Assembly (NCBI GenBank): GCA_963837465.1
Contig: CAWINB010000004.1
Coordinates: 458,853-522,852, forward strand
Origin: Candidatus Doudnabacteria bacterium
GTDB taxonomy: Bacteria; Patescibacteriota; Doudnabacteria; UBA920
DNA: 64,000 bases
Reading direction: 5' to 3'
A program made the translations under genes and the position numbers. The stretch's first letter is position 1. Each line of letters opens with the position of its first letter. The notes under the pieces were generated by a model. The model did no database searches. It was not told the origin of the DNA and saw only the letters and a list, made by a program, of their open reading frames with translations. This document shows positions 27,051 to 37,184 of this stretch, piece after piece.

Positions 27051-28508
27051 TTAGTTTCCCTGCACTTCAAACCCAAAGCCCTCAGTAGTGGCCGCAGGAG
27101 TATTAGCATTCAAAGTAATTTGGAAGGTAAAATTACCACTTTGGGTAGGTGTTCCAACAATAAAGAGTCGGCAAGTGTCAGTTGGGTCAGGTTGTCCAGT
27201 TATGTTAGCCAAGCTAGTAGGACCTCCAAGACTTAGGCCGGGTGCCAAACCTTGCGAAGTGGTTTGTCCATAATAAGAAGCGCAGGGAGTGAAATCCACG
27301 CTTCCTTTATAAGACTGCCCTAGTATAGCTACTGGTAAATTTGGATTAATAAATTTATAGCCAGATGGGCTTGTATTATTGGATACAGTATTATCAGTTT
27401 GGGTGTTCGTCGATTGTGGGATCGGGGTAGTATAATTACTAAAATTTGATGGCTGCTGATATTGCGTTTGCATTGCTCTCTTCATATAAATGCCAGGCAG
27501 AGCAAACATAAGATAGAAAATACCAACGACAAAAGCAATTAGGATTAATGACATTATTATTATCAAAAATTTACTTGATTTATCTGAAGGTATTTCAGAC
27601 TCACCTTTGATAGATTTTAAGTTTGCGTAGAGCTGATAACAATAGGCAGCAAATACTGGAGGGAATAGGGCATATAGAACTATTTCTACTAGCAATAATA
27701 TTAGAGTACTAAATAAAGCCGCGGCCCCTTTTAAGAAAGTTGAGAACAATATGATTAACAATAATACCGCAAGCCAGAGTATAATTAAGCACATCCCAAT
27801 AAACAGCAATCGCCAAAAAATCGGCCACCAGTAACCGCGGGTATAGTCGAAGCTGCGCCTGGCTGCGGGCAATGCTTTGGCGTTATCCCCAACCACAATG
27901 AACGTAGAAAGACAAAAACGAACACTTAAATAGGCGGTGGAGATTATACAAAGCAACCCTATAAAATATCCGAGATAGACGGGTATGGCGACTCCATAAA
28001 TTAAGGAAAATACTACTGTTGCCGCCACATATAAAATAATAACTCCGGTACTGGCTAACCCCGCAACAACAGCAGCCCCAAAAAATGAACCGATTTTATG
28101 TGATGATTGCTTAAAAGATTCTTTAAAACTAATATTTTCACCTGCTCCTTTGATTGCAAATATTAAGGCCGTTTGAGACCAAAAAGTAATAAACAAAACT
28201 GCAAGATAAACTAGTACCGCCAATATTATCCCCGCAAGTGCCGTTGCGCTACTAAATCCTGCGCTAAGCTTTAACGCTAAAAATAGAAAACTTGTGGCAC
28301 TAAAACCGCCGATTACTACAATAAAATAACCGAGCATTAAAGCGATTGGCAGCAATGAAATAAAAATTAAAACCCAAAAACGGCTTTTAAAGATTCCCCA
28401 AGCTTGCTTGAATATTACAGTAGGGCCTGGTAATTTTGCACCCTGCATACTCTTTGATTCAACCGGGGAAGGCTGGGAGGTAGGTAGGTTTATGTCATTA
28501 TTTTCCAT
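27051..28508 (-). CDS. Multi-TM membrane protein with C-terminal Ig-like extracellular domain
   Basis: About 7 TM helices, S/T/N linker, LP.A..GQ.Y...GLAPGLSL...GTPT.SG.FTF pattern. Confidence 0.75.
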   Translation of the reverse strand: MENNDINLPTSQPSPVESKSMQGAKLPGPTVIFKQAWGIFKSRFWVLIFISLLPIALMLGYFIVVIGGFSATSFLFLALKLSAGFSSATALAGIILAVLVYLAVLFITFWSQTALIFAIKGAGENISFKESFKQSSHKIGSFFGAAVVAGLASTGVIILYVAATVVFSLIYGVAIPVYLGYFIGLLCIISTAYLSVRFCLSTFIVVGDNAKALPAARRSFDYTRGYWWPIFWRLLFIGMCLIILWLAVLLLIILFSTFLKGAAALFSTLILLLVEIVLYALFPPVFAAYCYQLYANLKSIKGESEIPSDKSSKFLIIIMSLILIAFVVGIFYLMFALPGIYMKRAMQTQYQQPSNFSNYTTPIPQSTNTQTDNTVSNNTSPSGYKFINPNLPVAILGQSYKGSVDFTPCASYYGQTTSQGLAPGLSLGGPTSLANITGQPDPTDTCRLFIVGTPTQSGNFTFQITLNANTPAATTEGFGFEVQGN

Positions 28509-28647
28509 GGTTTTTGTTTCTAAAGCTTAATTTTGTTATATTATACACCTTTTTGGTTATAAATAAAACAAAAAAGTTTTCCAGTGCCAGATGGCCAAGC
28601 AACTTGCCTCTGGAAAACTTTTTATTTTTTATATCAGATTAGTTTTC

Positions 28648-29385
28648 TTAAACAGGTTTTTTATATTGGTGGTTAAACTTTAGACCCCTTTGCAGGCCAG
28701 TAAGAGTTATTGTCTTAGGTACATAGTGAACAGCTACTTCTTCCCAACCAATCTTAAGTTGTTCAAAGAACCGCATTACTTCCTCAAAGCAATTTTTATA
28801 TTTGCCACTGACGACCCAAGCATGCGGAACTTGCGCCCAATCTATTACATTATATATGGTACTGGATTTTGGATGGTTAAAGCTATGTCGTATTTCTTGC
28901 AACTCTGAAATTAAAGCCGAATAACCTTTATTATTAATTAAATCCGGCTTATTGATTATTTTCGTTATTATGTGCCTAAGTTTTTGACTTAATTCTTTTT
29001 TTTCAAGTTGGGCTAATATGGCTGGAGCGCTATTTGCGTATACATATCTTAAAATATTTAAGCTATAGTATTCAAATGTCAGATATGTATGTATTACCAA
29101 GTTAAACCCTTCTTTATAAGAAGCAGTATTTAACTCCGCGTCAGCTATTAACCGAGAATTAGTTTTTGCATTTGGTTCCGTTTGTAAAATCTTTTGTTCA
29201 ATATCTTTAAGTTTTTCATAGGCATCGTTTGCAAAGTTAAAATGCAATGTCCAGTGTATTGGCCAACCAAAATTTATTACCCCCATTTGATGGTGCAAAA
29301 CAGTCTGGTTAATCATAACCGTAGACCCTTCTTTATGGGGATGAGCTAGGTTTTGGTCGCTTTCGGATTTAATTTGTTTACCCAT
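28648..29385 (-). CDS. Helical protein with HEPN-like Rx4H motif
   Basis: ELQEIRHSFNHPK; third gene of NTase operon. Confidence 0.55.
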   Translation of the reverse strand: MGKQIKSESDQNLAHPHKEGSTVMINQTVLHHQMGVINFGWPIHWTLHFNFANDAYEKLKDIEQKILQTEPNAKTNSRLIADAELNTASYKEGFNLVIHTYLTFEYYSLNILRYVYANSAPAILAQLEKKELSQKLRHIITKIINKPDLINNKGYSALISELQEIRHSFNHPKSSTIYNVIDWAQVPHAWVVSGKYKNCFEEVMRFFEQLKIGWEEVAVHYVPKTITLTGLQRGLKFNHQYKKPV

Positions 29386-29410
29386 AGTTTTTAGCTACTT
29401 AATAATTCAT

Positions 29411-30184
29411 TTACCAAATTGCTTGCTTCCAAGAGCCATTTAAGGTATCTACGGCCGCCTGCTGAATTGTCTTTTTTTCATCTGCCGTCAGTTCATCTGA
29501 GACAATATTACCGGAATTAGATGGGTCAACCATAGTTTTATCAACAAAATCATTTGCCAGATAATTCATAACAGTAACGAAATTAGCAGAGGGGCTACCG
29601 CCTAATAATGATTTACCCTTTAATGCTTCAATAACAGACAATTCTAAGTAAAATGAGGGAAAACTTAAGTCCCTAAGCTTTCTCCAAATTTTAATTGCTT
29701 TTATGTCCAATATACGGCCTGAATTTTTTACATAACTTATGTGTTGGTCAATATTTGTTTTTGTCCAACTTTGAGCTTTTCTTTTCCAAACCGAATGGTC
29801 ATATCCCAAAATATGATGCTTTACACCCGCTACAATATCTACTTTTAATCCGCCATGATTAATCCCCAAAGAAACATTTTGCTCTCTAGCAGTATAACCT
29901 GCGCCGTTGAGCCTATTTCGAAGTGTTTTGTATACGTTTTCAAGTGTGTTGTAATCACTAACTGAGGGGTCGAGAGAAATAAATAGATCTATATCAGTTG
30001 TGCCAGTGATTCCTGTTCCTTTAGCTAGGGATCCAGACGGTTTTATGGTATATGAAAAGCCATTTGCCCAGGCAAAAATATGAGGGTTTAGTTCATTTAT
30101 TTTATCCTGAACCAAATAAGTAATGTTGGGTGTATGCATCACCACTATTTGCCGAATATAATTATCGCTCATAGAATTTTTCAT
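29411..30184 (-). CDS. SMODS/CD-NTase-like nucleotidyltransferase
   Basis: SGSLAKGT..TGTTDIDLF, QNVS, VDIV, IK.IKIWR, FPSFYLEL, DPSN..N.VS. Confidence 0.8.
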   Translation of the reverse strand: MKNSMSDNYIRQIVVMHTPNITYLVQDKINELNPHIFAWANGFSYTIKPSGSLAKGTGITGTTDIDLFISLDPSVSDYNTLENVYKTLRNRLNGAGYTAREQNVSLGINHGGLKVDIVAGVKHHILGYDHSVWKRKAQSWTKTNIDQHISYVKNSGRILDIKAIKIWRKLRDLSFPSFYLELSVIEALKGKSLLGGSPSANFVTVMNYLANDFVDKTMVDPSNSGNIVSDELTADEKKTIQQAAVDTLNGSWKQAIW

Positions 30185-30680
30185 AACTCGTAGTTACCAT
30201 TGAGGTTACTACATCATTAAGTAATCTTCCCCTAAAATTTGTAACTGCTGTATGCCTTTTCCCATCTAATTTTTTCATTTGATCCGTAGGAATTTTATCT
30301 TTGTCATACGGAGCATAAACAACTAATGCGCACTTGTCTGGTTTGATATCCAAAATTTTATCAATCTGCTCTGTCCAGTCATGCCAAAATACCAGATACA
30401 CTGAAGCTTTTTCCGCTCTTCCGAGATCATCATCTCCAGTAATAAGTATTATATTTTTTTCTTTGAATAACCCCGAATCACAGAGCAAGCCCTGTAAGCT
30501 GGTACTGTTATCCCCCTTAGCAAAAATAGCAATTTTTCTTTTTGCTAAACCATTCCCTAACCTATAAAGAGCGGGAGAAATACCCCTAACCCATAAAACA
30601 ATTCCCCAAATAATCACACCCATAAGAACAATTGTGTCGGCAACGCCTACTATAGCAATAATTATTATTAAAATATTCAT
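30162..30680 (-). CDS. N-terminal TM protein with cytoplasmic alpha/beta domain
   Basis: Hydrophobic first 35 aa; alternating beta/alpha pattern; overlaps NTase start. Confidence 0.7.
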   Translation of the reverse strand: MNILIIIIAIVGVADTIVLMGVIIWGIVLWVRGISPALYRLGNGLAKRKIAIFAKGDNSTSLQGLLCDSGLFKEKNIILITGDDDLGRAEKASVYLVFWHDWTEQIDKILDIKPDKCALVVYAPYDKDKIPTDQMKKLDGKRHTAVTNFRGRLLNDVVTSMVTTSYEKFYER

Positions 30681-30962
30681 ATTTTTGAATTAACTTTCTT
30701 TAAAATTAAAACCAGCAACCTATAAATGAAGTTGCTGGTCTTGATTTCCAAAATAAGATTTGGCGAAGCTAAAAACTGCAGTCGTTATAGCTGTAGATTG
30801 GCAGTTTTGTTCTGCTGATTTTGTTTTTGCGCGAATGTAGACATAACCACTATTTTGTGGTTGCCTCTTATGACTAGCCATATTAATTTTGACTTTAATT
30901 TTTTGGTTTGCATTTTAACTAAGTGCATTTTAGCAAAAATTAGCAGACTCGTCAAGCGAGTG

Positions 30963-31535
30963 CTAATAAGTAATATTTCCACCGCTTGCCTTGATTAGCT
31001 GAAGTAGCCTTGTTAATTCACTATGTTCAGGCGGGGAAACTTTTATATCGGTCATTACTTCGTCAACCATAGTTTTCATATCCAGAAGTCTTATTTCGCA
31101 ACCAGTTAGGTTTTGCTTAAACAAACTATAATTTTCCCATTGACCTCTTAATTCCTGGTCAAATTTTACGCAGATAACATAAAAAGTAAAGCAATCATCG
31201 CCTGTCTGTTTCTTAACTTCTTGCTTTAAAGCTTCTGACCAGTCTTTTAAAGCCACCTCCCTAAATATTTTTTTGGTTTTAACGAAATCTGCTTCAATTT
31301 CTTTAATACAATTTTTTATATTTAACCCCGTATTCCAACTTTTACAACTTGCTACGCAAACTCTTGGCAGATTGTTTTGTTTAGGTTGAGGGTGTACAGC
31401 AATAATATCAATATCAGAAGATACGGCAAATGCCGAACCTTTTTTATTTGGCCTATATCTTACATTGTGCTGAGTAAAGTAGCCTTTGTATCTAAAATAC
31501 TCTTCGCCTAATTGTTCTAAAATATCGTTGACCAT
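30963..31535 (-). CDS. PD-(D/E)XK restriction-endonuclease-like protein
   Basis: LEQL.EEYF...GY, SDIDIIA, ASCKSW; start reassigned to ATG 31535. Confidence 0.65.
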   Translation of the reverse strand: MVNDILEQLGEEYFRYKGYFTQHNVRYRPNKKGSAFAVSSDIDIIAVHPQPKQNNLPRVCVASCKSWNTGLNIKNCIKEIEADFVKTKKIFREVALKDWSEALKQEVKKQTGDDCFTFYVICVKFDQELRGQWENYSLFKQNLTGCEIRLLDMKTMVDEVMTDIKVSPPEHSELTRLLQLIKASGGNITY

Positions 31536-31631
31536 AAAAAGCAATAATTTGATTTGAGATGCGACGCTCCTCTCCAACCTTGTTGGCTTGGTTGAGGGCA
31601 AAATTACTACCTAATTATTTTGGAATTTTTA

Positions 31632-31862
31632 TTACCAAACCCAACCTGCAAATTGGTTAGGCTGATGGGTTATTGCCATATTGCAAAGGCTGACGCCGTT
31701 TATAAAATTATAGTTTGGATTACTTGTCTCGTTGACTTTCGCATTTGATTGGTTGCATTCAATATACTCATTAAATTTTTGATTTTCGATGAAGCTGTAT
31801 GCAAACCAGGCTACCACTAGTAGTAACATAATTTTGAACCAGTTATTTTTGACCCAGGTCAT
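31632..31862 (-). CDS. Small secreted/membrane protein
   Basis: N-terminal hydrophobic helix, two Cys. Confidence 0.55.
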   Translation of the reverse strand: MTWVKNNWFKIMLLLVVAWFAYSFIENQKFNEYIECNQSNAKVNETSNPNYNFINGVSLCNMAITHQPNQFAGWVW

Positions 31863-31959
31863 ATTTTGTTCGTTAATGTTCTTGGTGCCGGAGCGGATAA
31901 CACAAAGCCCGCCGCGGAATTCAGCGAACGGCGTGCGGCGTTAGACCGCGCAGATAACG

Positions 31960-32155
31960 CTACTGTGGATCAGATCGCTACAATTGGAAAACTTTTACAG
32001 AAACCTACACAGAGTTATACATCAGCGAAGTCAGAAGAGAAAAAACGTTTTCTTGTGAAGTCGTTGGTTGGAAAACTTTCTTATGACGGAAAAAAGATAA
32101 CAATCCATTGGTTAAAACAGTATGAAGTGATCGCGAAAAGACCTAAGAATGACCT
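31960..32155 (+). pseudogene. Probable C-terminal relic of a large serine recombinase
   Basis: SY..AKSEEKKRFLVKSLV.KL.YDGKKITI reading into the tRNA 3' end; no catalytic domain present. Confidence 0.5.
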
Positions 32156-32229
32156 TGGTCGGGCTGCTGGGAATCGAACCCAGTCTATCTGCTCCCAAAG
32201 CAGACGTACTACCGGTATACTACAGCCCG
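32156..32229 (-). tRNA. tRNA-Pro(TGG)
   Basis: Reverse complement CGGGCTG...TCTGC-TT-TGG-GA-GCAGA...GGTTCGATTCC...CAGCCCGACCA. Confidence 0.95.
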
Positions 32230-32465
32230 ACGTTTTAAGACGTTTTTTTAGTTGAATCTCAAGCGGTTTTTAATATTTCCGCCAATATCAACCTTAATTA
32301 TCTATCTTTTTGTTCAATAACATTGAACAAAGAATATCATTTTAGCTGCCATATGGCAAGCTGCCATTATAGCGCCATTTTTAGTTTGACGCCTTTGTTA
32401 ATAAGGCTGTATATTTAGAAATATAAAGAAAAATAGGCAAGAAAAATTTTTTAAACAATATCAAT

Positions 32466-35400
32466 ATGGTAAAAAGACCGGGCTTATTCGGAAAGGGATG
32501 GAGTTTTTTTCCGGCGTTGTTTTTTGGCGGCCTTGTTGTCCTTTCGTCGCTGCTGTTTTTGCCCAAAGCGGCCTATGCCTCCGGAGACCGCTATTGGGTT
32601 GGGGGAACTGGAAATTGGTCCGACACTTCCCATTGGTCGGCAATCAGCGGCGGATCGGGCGGCGCGAGCGTGCCGGACAACTCGACCAACTGTTATTTTG
32701 ACGCAAGCTCATTTTCCGGCAGCGGCCAAACCGTAACTTTGGATGAAAGCGGCGGGTGCGATACTATGGATTGGACCGGAGCGACAAACTCCCCGACATT
32801 CACGATGAGCAACCCGCTGACCATCGGCGGGTCTTTCACGCTGACAAGCGGCATGACCGTCAACGGTCTTTCCCCAGGCATCACTTTCAACTCCCTGGGC
32901 ACGAACACAATTACTTTGGCCGGACACGCTTTGCCACTTATCAATGTTGAGATGATTTTTGCGGGCGGGGGTACCTGGACGCTCCAGGATGCCTGGAATA
33001 TGCCCAGCCTTCAGGTATATATGGCACAAGGTACACTCAATACCAATAACCAAAATTTTCTGGTTAGGCAGATATACGATAATACCAATAACGATGGCGG
33101 CGGCCTTGATGACCCCGGTAACGTTACGGTGAACTTCGGTTCTTCAAACGTTACCATAATTGATACTCTGGCTCTGGCCTTAGACAGTACGACCTTGATA
33201 GGCACTTCATCGAACATAACCATAGCCCCCGATGTTGATAATACGATATTTTTTGTCAACGGTACCGCTCAATTTAACAGTTTTCACGCGGAGGCGGGAA
33301 CCCCATCCGAACCCACCAGTAATAGACTGCAAACCTTTGGAACAATCTTTGCCGATACCCTGACCCTTGACCCCATCGGAACCTCCACCTGGCCGGTGGG
33401 GGCATTTGAGACGGATGACTTAGTTTCAAATGGCAATTCAGGGAACCTGGTCAACATCAGCGGAAACTTTCAAGCTGAGGCTCAAATATCCGCAGATTAT
33501 TTGGATATTACCGATTCCACCTGCTTGGGCGTTACACCCTGCTATGCCGGGACGCATAGTGTCGATGGGGGCGGGAATGCCAACTGGATTTTTACAGCTC
33601 CCCCTCCTCCGGACGTAATCTCCGTTACCGGACAAAACCCCGCTTTGGCAACCACCAGCACGCCCTCAATAACCATTAATGGTTCGGGGTTCGCCCCAAC
33701 GCCTACGGTTACTGTGGGCGGCACAGCCGCGACCAATGTTACATATGTTGACGCGGGCACCCTTACTGCCACAGCTCCGGCAAAAGGGCTTGGTAGTTAT
33801 GATGTGGTGGTAACCAACCCTGACACCAGCACCGCGACTTGTGCCGGTTGTATGCTTTACGTCAGCGCGCCCGGCGTGCCCACTGATGCAACCTCGACCC
33901 CCGGTAACGACCAAGCCTCCCTGTCATGGTCTGCTCCTGTTTCAGATGGCGGCTCTCCTCTTATAGACTATCTGGTGCAGTACAAACTAAGCGCTTCATC
34001 AACTTTTGACAGTACCTTTGACACTAACTCAACGAGCACAATGACAATTGTCACCGGCCTGATGAACGGATCAAGCTACGACTTTGAGGTTGTGGCGGAA
34101 AACGCCGCTGGCAGTTCAACTCCCTCTAGCATTGTTTCGGCTTCGCTCGCGGCAACGGTTCCGGACCCACCCACTTCGGTTTCCGCCACGGCCGGCAACG
34201 GGCAGGCGGTTGTATCATTCTCGGCTCCGGACAATGACGGTGGCTCTCCGATTACTGCGTATACTGTAACCAGTAATCCGGGCAACATTACGGCAACAGG
34301 TTCTTCCAGTCCCATTACCATAACCGGCCTGACTATTGGCGTTGGTTATACTTTTACTGTTACAGCCGGCAACACGTTGGGGGACTCCGTTTCCTCGAGT
34401 CCTTCAGGCACCGTGACCCCGTTTGTACCCTACGCGGCTTCGGCGCTTTTGGGCCAGGTTGATGGCAGCGGTAACCCGCTGTGGACAGACTCTGGCTCCA
34501 ATAACTCTTCTGGCTCGGTTAACCTGCAGGGATTCCATAACCCTTCTGATGTAACTGTTGACTCTGTGAACCATCGCCTGTTTGTTTCCGATACGGGCAA
34601 CAAGCGAGTTTTAGTATTTAGTCTTGATACAACCGACAACATTGCCTCAACCACTGCTTTGTACGCGCTGGGAAGCGGCATTAGCAGCTTTGAGCCGGAA
34701 TATCTTTCCTATGACCCAATAAACCAGCGTTTGTTTGTCGGCGATGACGGCAATCAGACAGTTGAGGTATTTAACGTCGCCACCTCCACCATCAGCGACA
34801 GCGAGAGTCCGGATAATACCCTGAACTATCTGACTGATAATGGGGCTGTTCCTGCTGGTTTAGCTTACGATTCCGTAAACCAGCGTTTGTTTGTCGGCGA
34901 TGACGGCAATCAGACAGTTGAGGTATTTAACGTCGCCACCTCCACCATCAGCGACAGCGAGAGTCCGGATAATACCCTGGACTACCTCGCTGATAGTGGG
35001 GCTGCTCCTATTGGCCTGGCTTACGATTCCGTAAACCAGCGTTTGTTTGTCGGCGATTATAATAATGAGACAGTCTACGCTTTTAACGTCGCCACCTCCA
35101 CTATCAGCAACAGCGAGAGTCCGGACAATACCCTGGACTACCTCGCTGATAGTGGGGCTGCTCCTATTGGCCTGGCTTACGATTCCGTAAACCAGCGTTT
35201 GTTTGTCGCTGATAATAATAATGACACAACCTGGGCTTTTAACACCTCCACCTCCACCATAAGCGACAGCGAAAGTCCTGAAATTTACTTACCAAACGGC
35301 GCAAGAGGAGCGGCTACTCAAAGCAGCTTTCTTGAAAACGCAGGTCTTGCTTATGACAGCGGGAATTACCATCTGTTTTTGGTTGACCAGAATGCCAACC

Positions 35401-36416
35401 GGGTCATGCAGTTTAACCTCATCAAACTTACAACCGGCAGTCTTGCTTCGGCAACTGTAGGTTCAGCCTATTCCCAAACTTTAACCACTGCTTTCAGCCA
35501 AGGCATAGTTGCCTTCTCCCTTTATGCCAGTTCTACTCTGCCTTCCGGTTTGGTCTTAAATTCTTCCACGGGTGTTATTTCCGGCACTCCCGCATCCCCG
35601 GGAACGTATTCTTTTGTGGTTGAAGCCGATGATACTATTGGTGGAAACGGAAATTTCTTTGACCGCCAGCCATACAGCATGACCGTTTCCGCGCCCAGCC
35701 TCGGAGGAGCAGGCGGCGGTGGAGGTGGCGGCGGTGTATCTTACGGCAGCGGGAACTACACCCCTCCCGCCAACCAACAGCCAGCCTCCAGCCTTCCAAC
35801 TTCCTCTCCCGCGTCATCCCTGCCTTTTATGCCTTCAGCCCCTGTGTCTGCTGCCCCAAACCTAAAACTCATCAATAACAAAGGCACCTTTTACTTCATT
35901 GACAACGGCATTAGCTATGGTATTGCCAACCCGGGTATCCTAAACAGTTACGGCTTAACCTTTAAGGACGCGGTTTCTCCCACAGCGCAAGACTTGTCCC
36001 TGCCACAGGGCGGTCTTCTCACCCCTGCCGACGGTTCCCTGGTTAAAACTTTAAAAGATCCCACAGTTTATTTTATCAGTAACCAAACCAGGTATGGTTT
36101 TACTTCAGCCAAAGTCTTTTTGGCTTTAGGCTTTAAGTTCTCCTCTGCCCTGGTGGTCACTACTCCCGAACTCCAGGCCTTGGCCGCAGGCCCTGTTATT
36201 AAAGATGCTACAGCCGCCCACCTGCCCGGCACGGACATAAATTATAAAGGCACCATCTACTACATAGGCAGAGACTATTTGAGACACCCCTACCTGTCTT
36301 TAGCTGTTTACAACTCCTGGAATATTGCCAATAATTTTAGTGCCGTTGTCCCTGCCAACGCTGCAGATTTAAAGCTGGGAGCGGGAAGCGCCGTAAGCCA
36401 GAGAACTTTAAACTAA
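32466..36416 (+). CDS. Large secreted surface protein (IPT/TIG, 2x fibronectin III, NHL-like propeller repeats, Ig, C-terminal triple repeat)
   Basis: Signal peptide (AYA), SW.AP.SDGGSP..Y FN3 motifs, GLAYD..NQRLFV.D repeats. Confidence 0.85.
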   Translation: MVKRPGLFGKGWSFFPALFFGGLVVLSSLLFLPKAAYASGDRYWVGGTGNWSDTSHWSAISGGSGGASVPDNSTNCYFDASSFSGSGQTVTLDESGGCDTMDWTGATNSPTFTMSNPLTIGGSFTLTSGMTVNGLSPGITFNSLGTNTITLAGHALPLINVEMIFAGGGTWTLQDAWNMPSLQVYMAQGTLNTNNQNFLVRQIYDNTNNDGGGLDDPGNVTVNFGSSNVTIIDTLALALDSTTLIGTSSNITIAPDVDNTIFFVNGTAQFNSFHAEAGTPSEPTSNRLQTFGTIFADTLTLDPIGTSTWPVGAFETDDLVSNGNSGNLVNISGNFQAEAQISADYLDITDSTCLGVTPCYAGTHSVDGGGNANWIFTAPPPPDVISVTGQNPALATTSTPSITINGSGFAPTPTVTVGGTAATNVTYVDAGTLTATAPAKGLGSYDVVVTNPDTSTATCAGCMLYVSAPGVPTDATSTPGNDQASLSWSAPVSDGGSPLIDYLVQYKLSASSTFDSTFDTNSTSTMTIVTGLMNGSSYDFEVVAENAAGSSTPSSIVSASLAATVPDPPTSVSATAGNGQAVVSFSAPDNDGGSPITAYTVTSNPGNITATGSSSPITITGLTIGVGYTFTVTAGNTLGDSVSSSPSGTVTPFVPYAASALLGQVDGSGNPLWTDSGSNNSSGSVNLQGFHNPSDVTVDSVNHRLFVSDTGNKRVLVFSLDTTDNIASTTALYALGSGISSFEPEYLSYDPINQRLFVGDDGNQTVEVFNVATSTISDSESPDNTLNYLTDNGAVPAGLAYDSVNQRLFVGDDGNQTVEVFNVATSTISDSESPDNTLDYLADSGAAPIGLAYDSVNQRLFVGDYNNETVYAFNVATSTISNSESPDNTLDYLADSGAAPIGLAYDSVNQRLFVADNNNDTTWAFNTSTSTISDSESPEIYLPNGARGAATQSSFLENAGLAYDSGNYHLFLVDQNANRVMQFNLIKLTTGSLASATVGSAYSQTLTTAFSQGIVAFSLYASSTLPSGLVLNSSTGVISGTPASPGTYSFVVEADDTIGGNGNFFDRQPYSMTVSAPSLGGAGGGGGGGGVSYGSGNYTPPANQQPASSLPTSSPASSLPFMPSAPVSAAPNLKLINNKGTFYFIDNGISYGIANPGILNSYGLTFKDAVSPTAQDLSLPQGGLLTPADGSLVKTLKDPTVYFISNQTRYGFTSAKVFLALGFKFSSALVVTTPELQALAAGPVIKDATAAHLPGTDINYKGTIYYIGRDYLRHPYLSLAVYNSWNIANNFSAVVPANAADLKLGAGSAVSQRTLN
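34720..35280 (+). repeat. Intragenic 156-bp tandem repeat, about 3.6 units
   Basis: AAACCAGCGTTTGTTTGTCG at 34721, 34877, 35033, 35189. Confidence 0.92.
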
Positions 36417-36432
36417 AAATCCGATAATTTTT

Positions 36433-36461
36433 TTGACAAATATCAATAGTTGTCTTATAAT
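36433..36461 (+). promoter_or_regulatory. Perfect consensus sigma70 promoter
   Basis: TTGACA-17-TATAAT. Confidence 0.9.
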
Positions 36462-36467
36462 AAGTAA

Positions 36468-37184
36468 AATATTTGATTAATCTCTTAATTACCTAAGAAT
36501 GATAGCAATCCGACCAGGTTTTTGATAGAAGTCGGAAAAAAGCCATAAGCTAAATATAGCCTTATTTAAGACTAAATTTATGACTTTTTTCTGGCTTTTT
36601 GCGTGGTCAGCGCATTTAAGCTATTTTGGGCATAAGGTTGTAACAAAGGACAATCGCAGCCGTCTGCCTATATGTACAACAAAAGTGAGATTTTAGGGTT
36701 TTGGCTTAAAGCCTAATCAGCCTAATCCTTGTAGAAACAAAACTAAAACCTCATTACGCAAGGTTTGTTGTATTTTAACATCAGTTATTGAGTTTGTTTT
36801 AAAGCCAGTTAACCGCGGTTTCAATTAATTTGTTTACCTGGGTCGATCGGTTAGCGTATAAGCTTTAAAACGGCTTTTCAATAATCACTTACTTTTTAAC
36901 CAAAGCTTTGGTGATCTCTAGAGCTCCAAAACTTTCAAGCTAAAAGGGGAGTGTCCCGACATCGCTATTTTTTATTGGCAGATATCGGGAGAAACAATTA
37001 ATTAAATTTTTTAGGTTTACCCCACACCAATTGCCCTGAATTTGGTTTATTATTACCAAAAGGCGTTGGAGCAACAATTGCAAATCAAAAATTACTGATT
37101 TAAGGCAATTGGTGTGGGGCAAGTTGATTATCTCAATTGAATAATTAACCTGATACAAACCTAAAAATGGAGTATTATTAAAAA
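36468..37184 (+). ncRNA. Long structured 5' leader (or ncRNA) of S-layer-like gene
   Basis: Multiple nested stems including perfect 16 bp 37020-37035 / 37104-37119; no credible ORF. Confidence 0.6.

Noticed and set aside
26848-27054. 68-aa ORF and antisense 105-aa ORF
   Set aside because: They span a terminator and a palindromic repeat and have no protein-like features.
31866-32255. Intact 129-aa gene
   Set aside because: Overlaps tRNA-Pro antisense and lacks a credible start; treated as a recombinase relic.
34720-35280. CRISPR array
   Set aside because: Contiguous 156-bp in-frame coding repeats with no unique spacers; no cas genes in the window.
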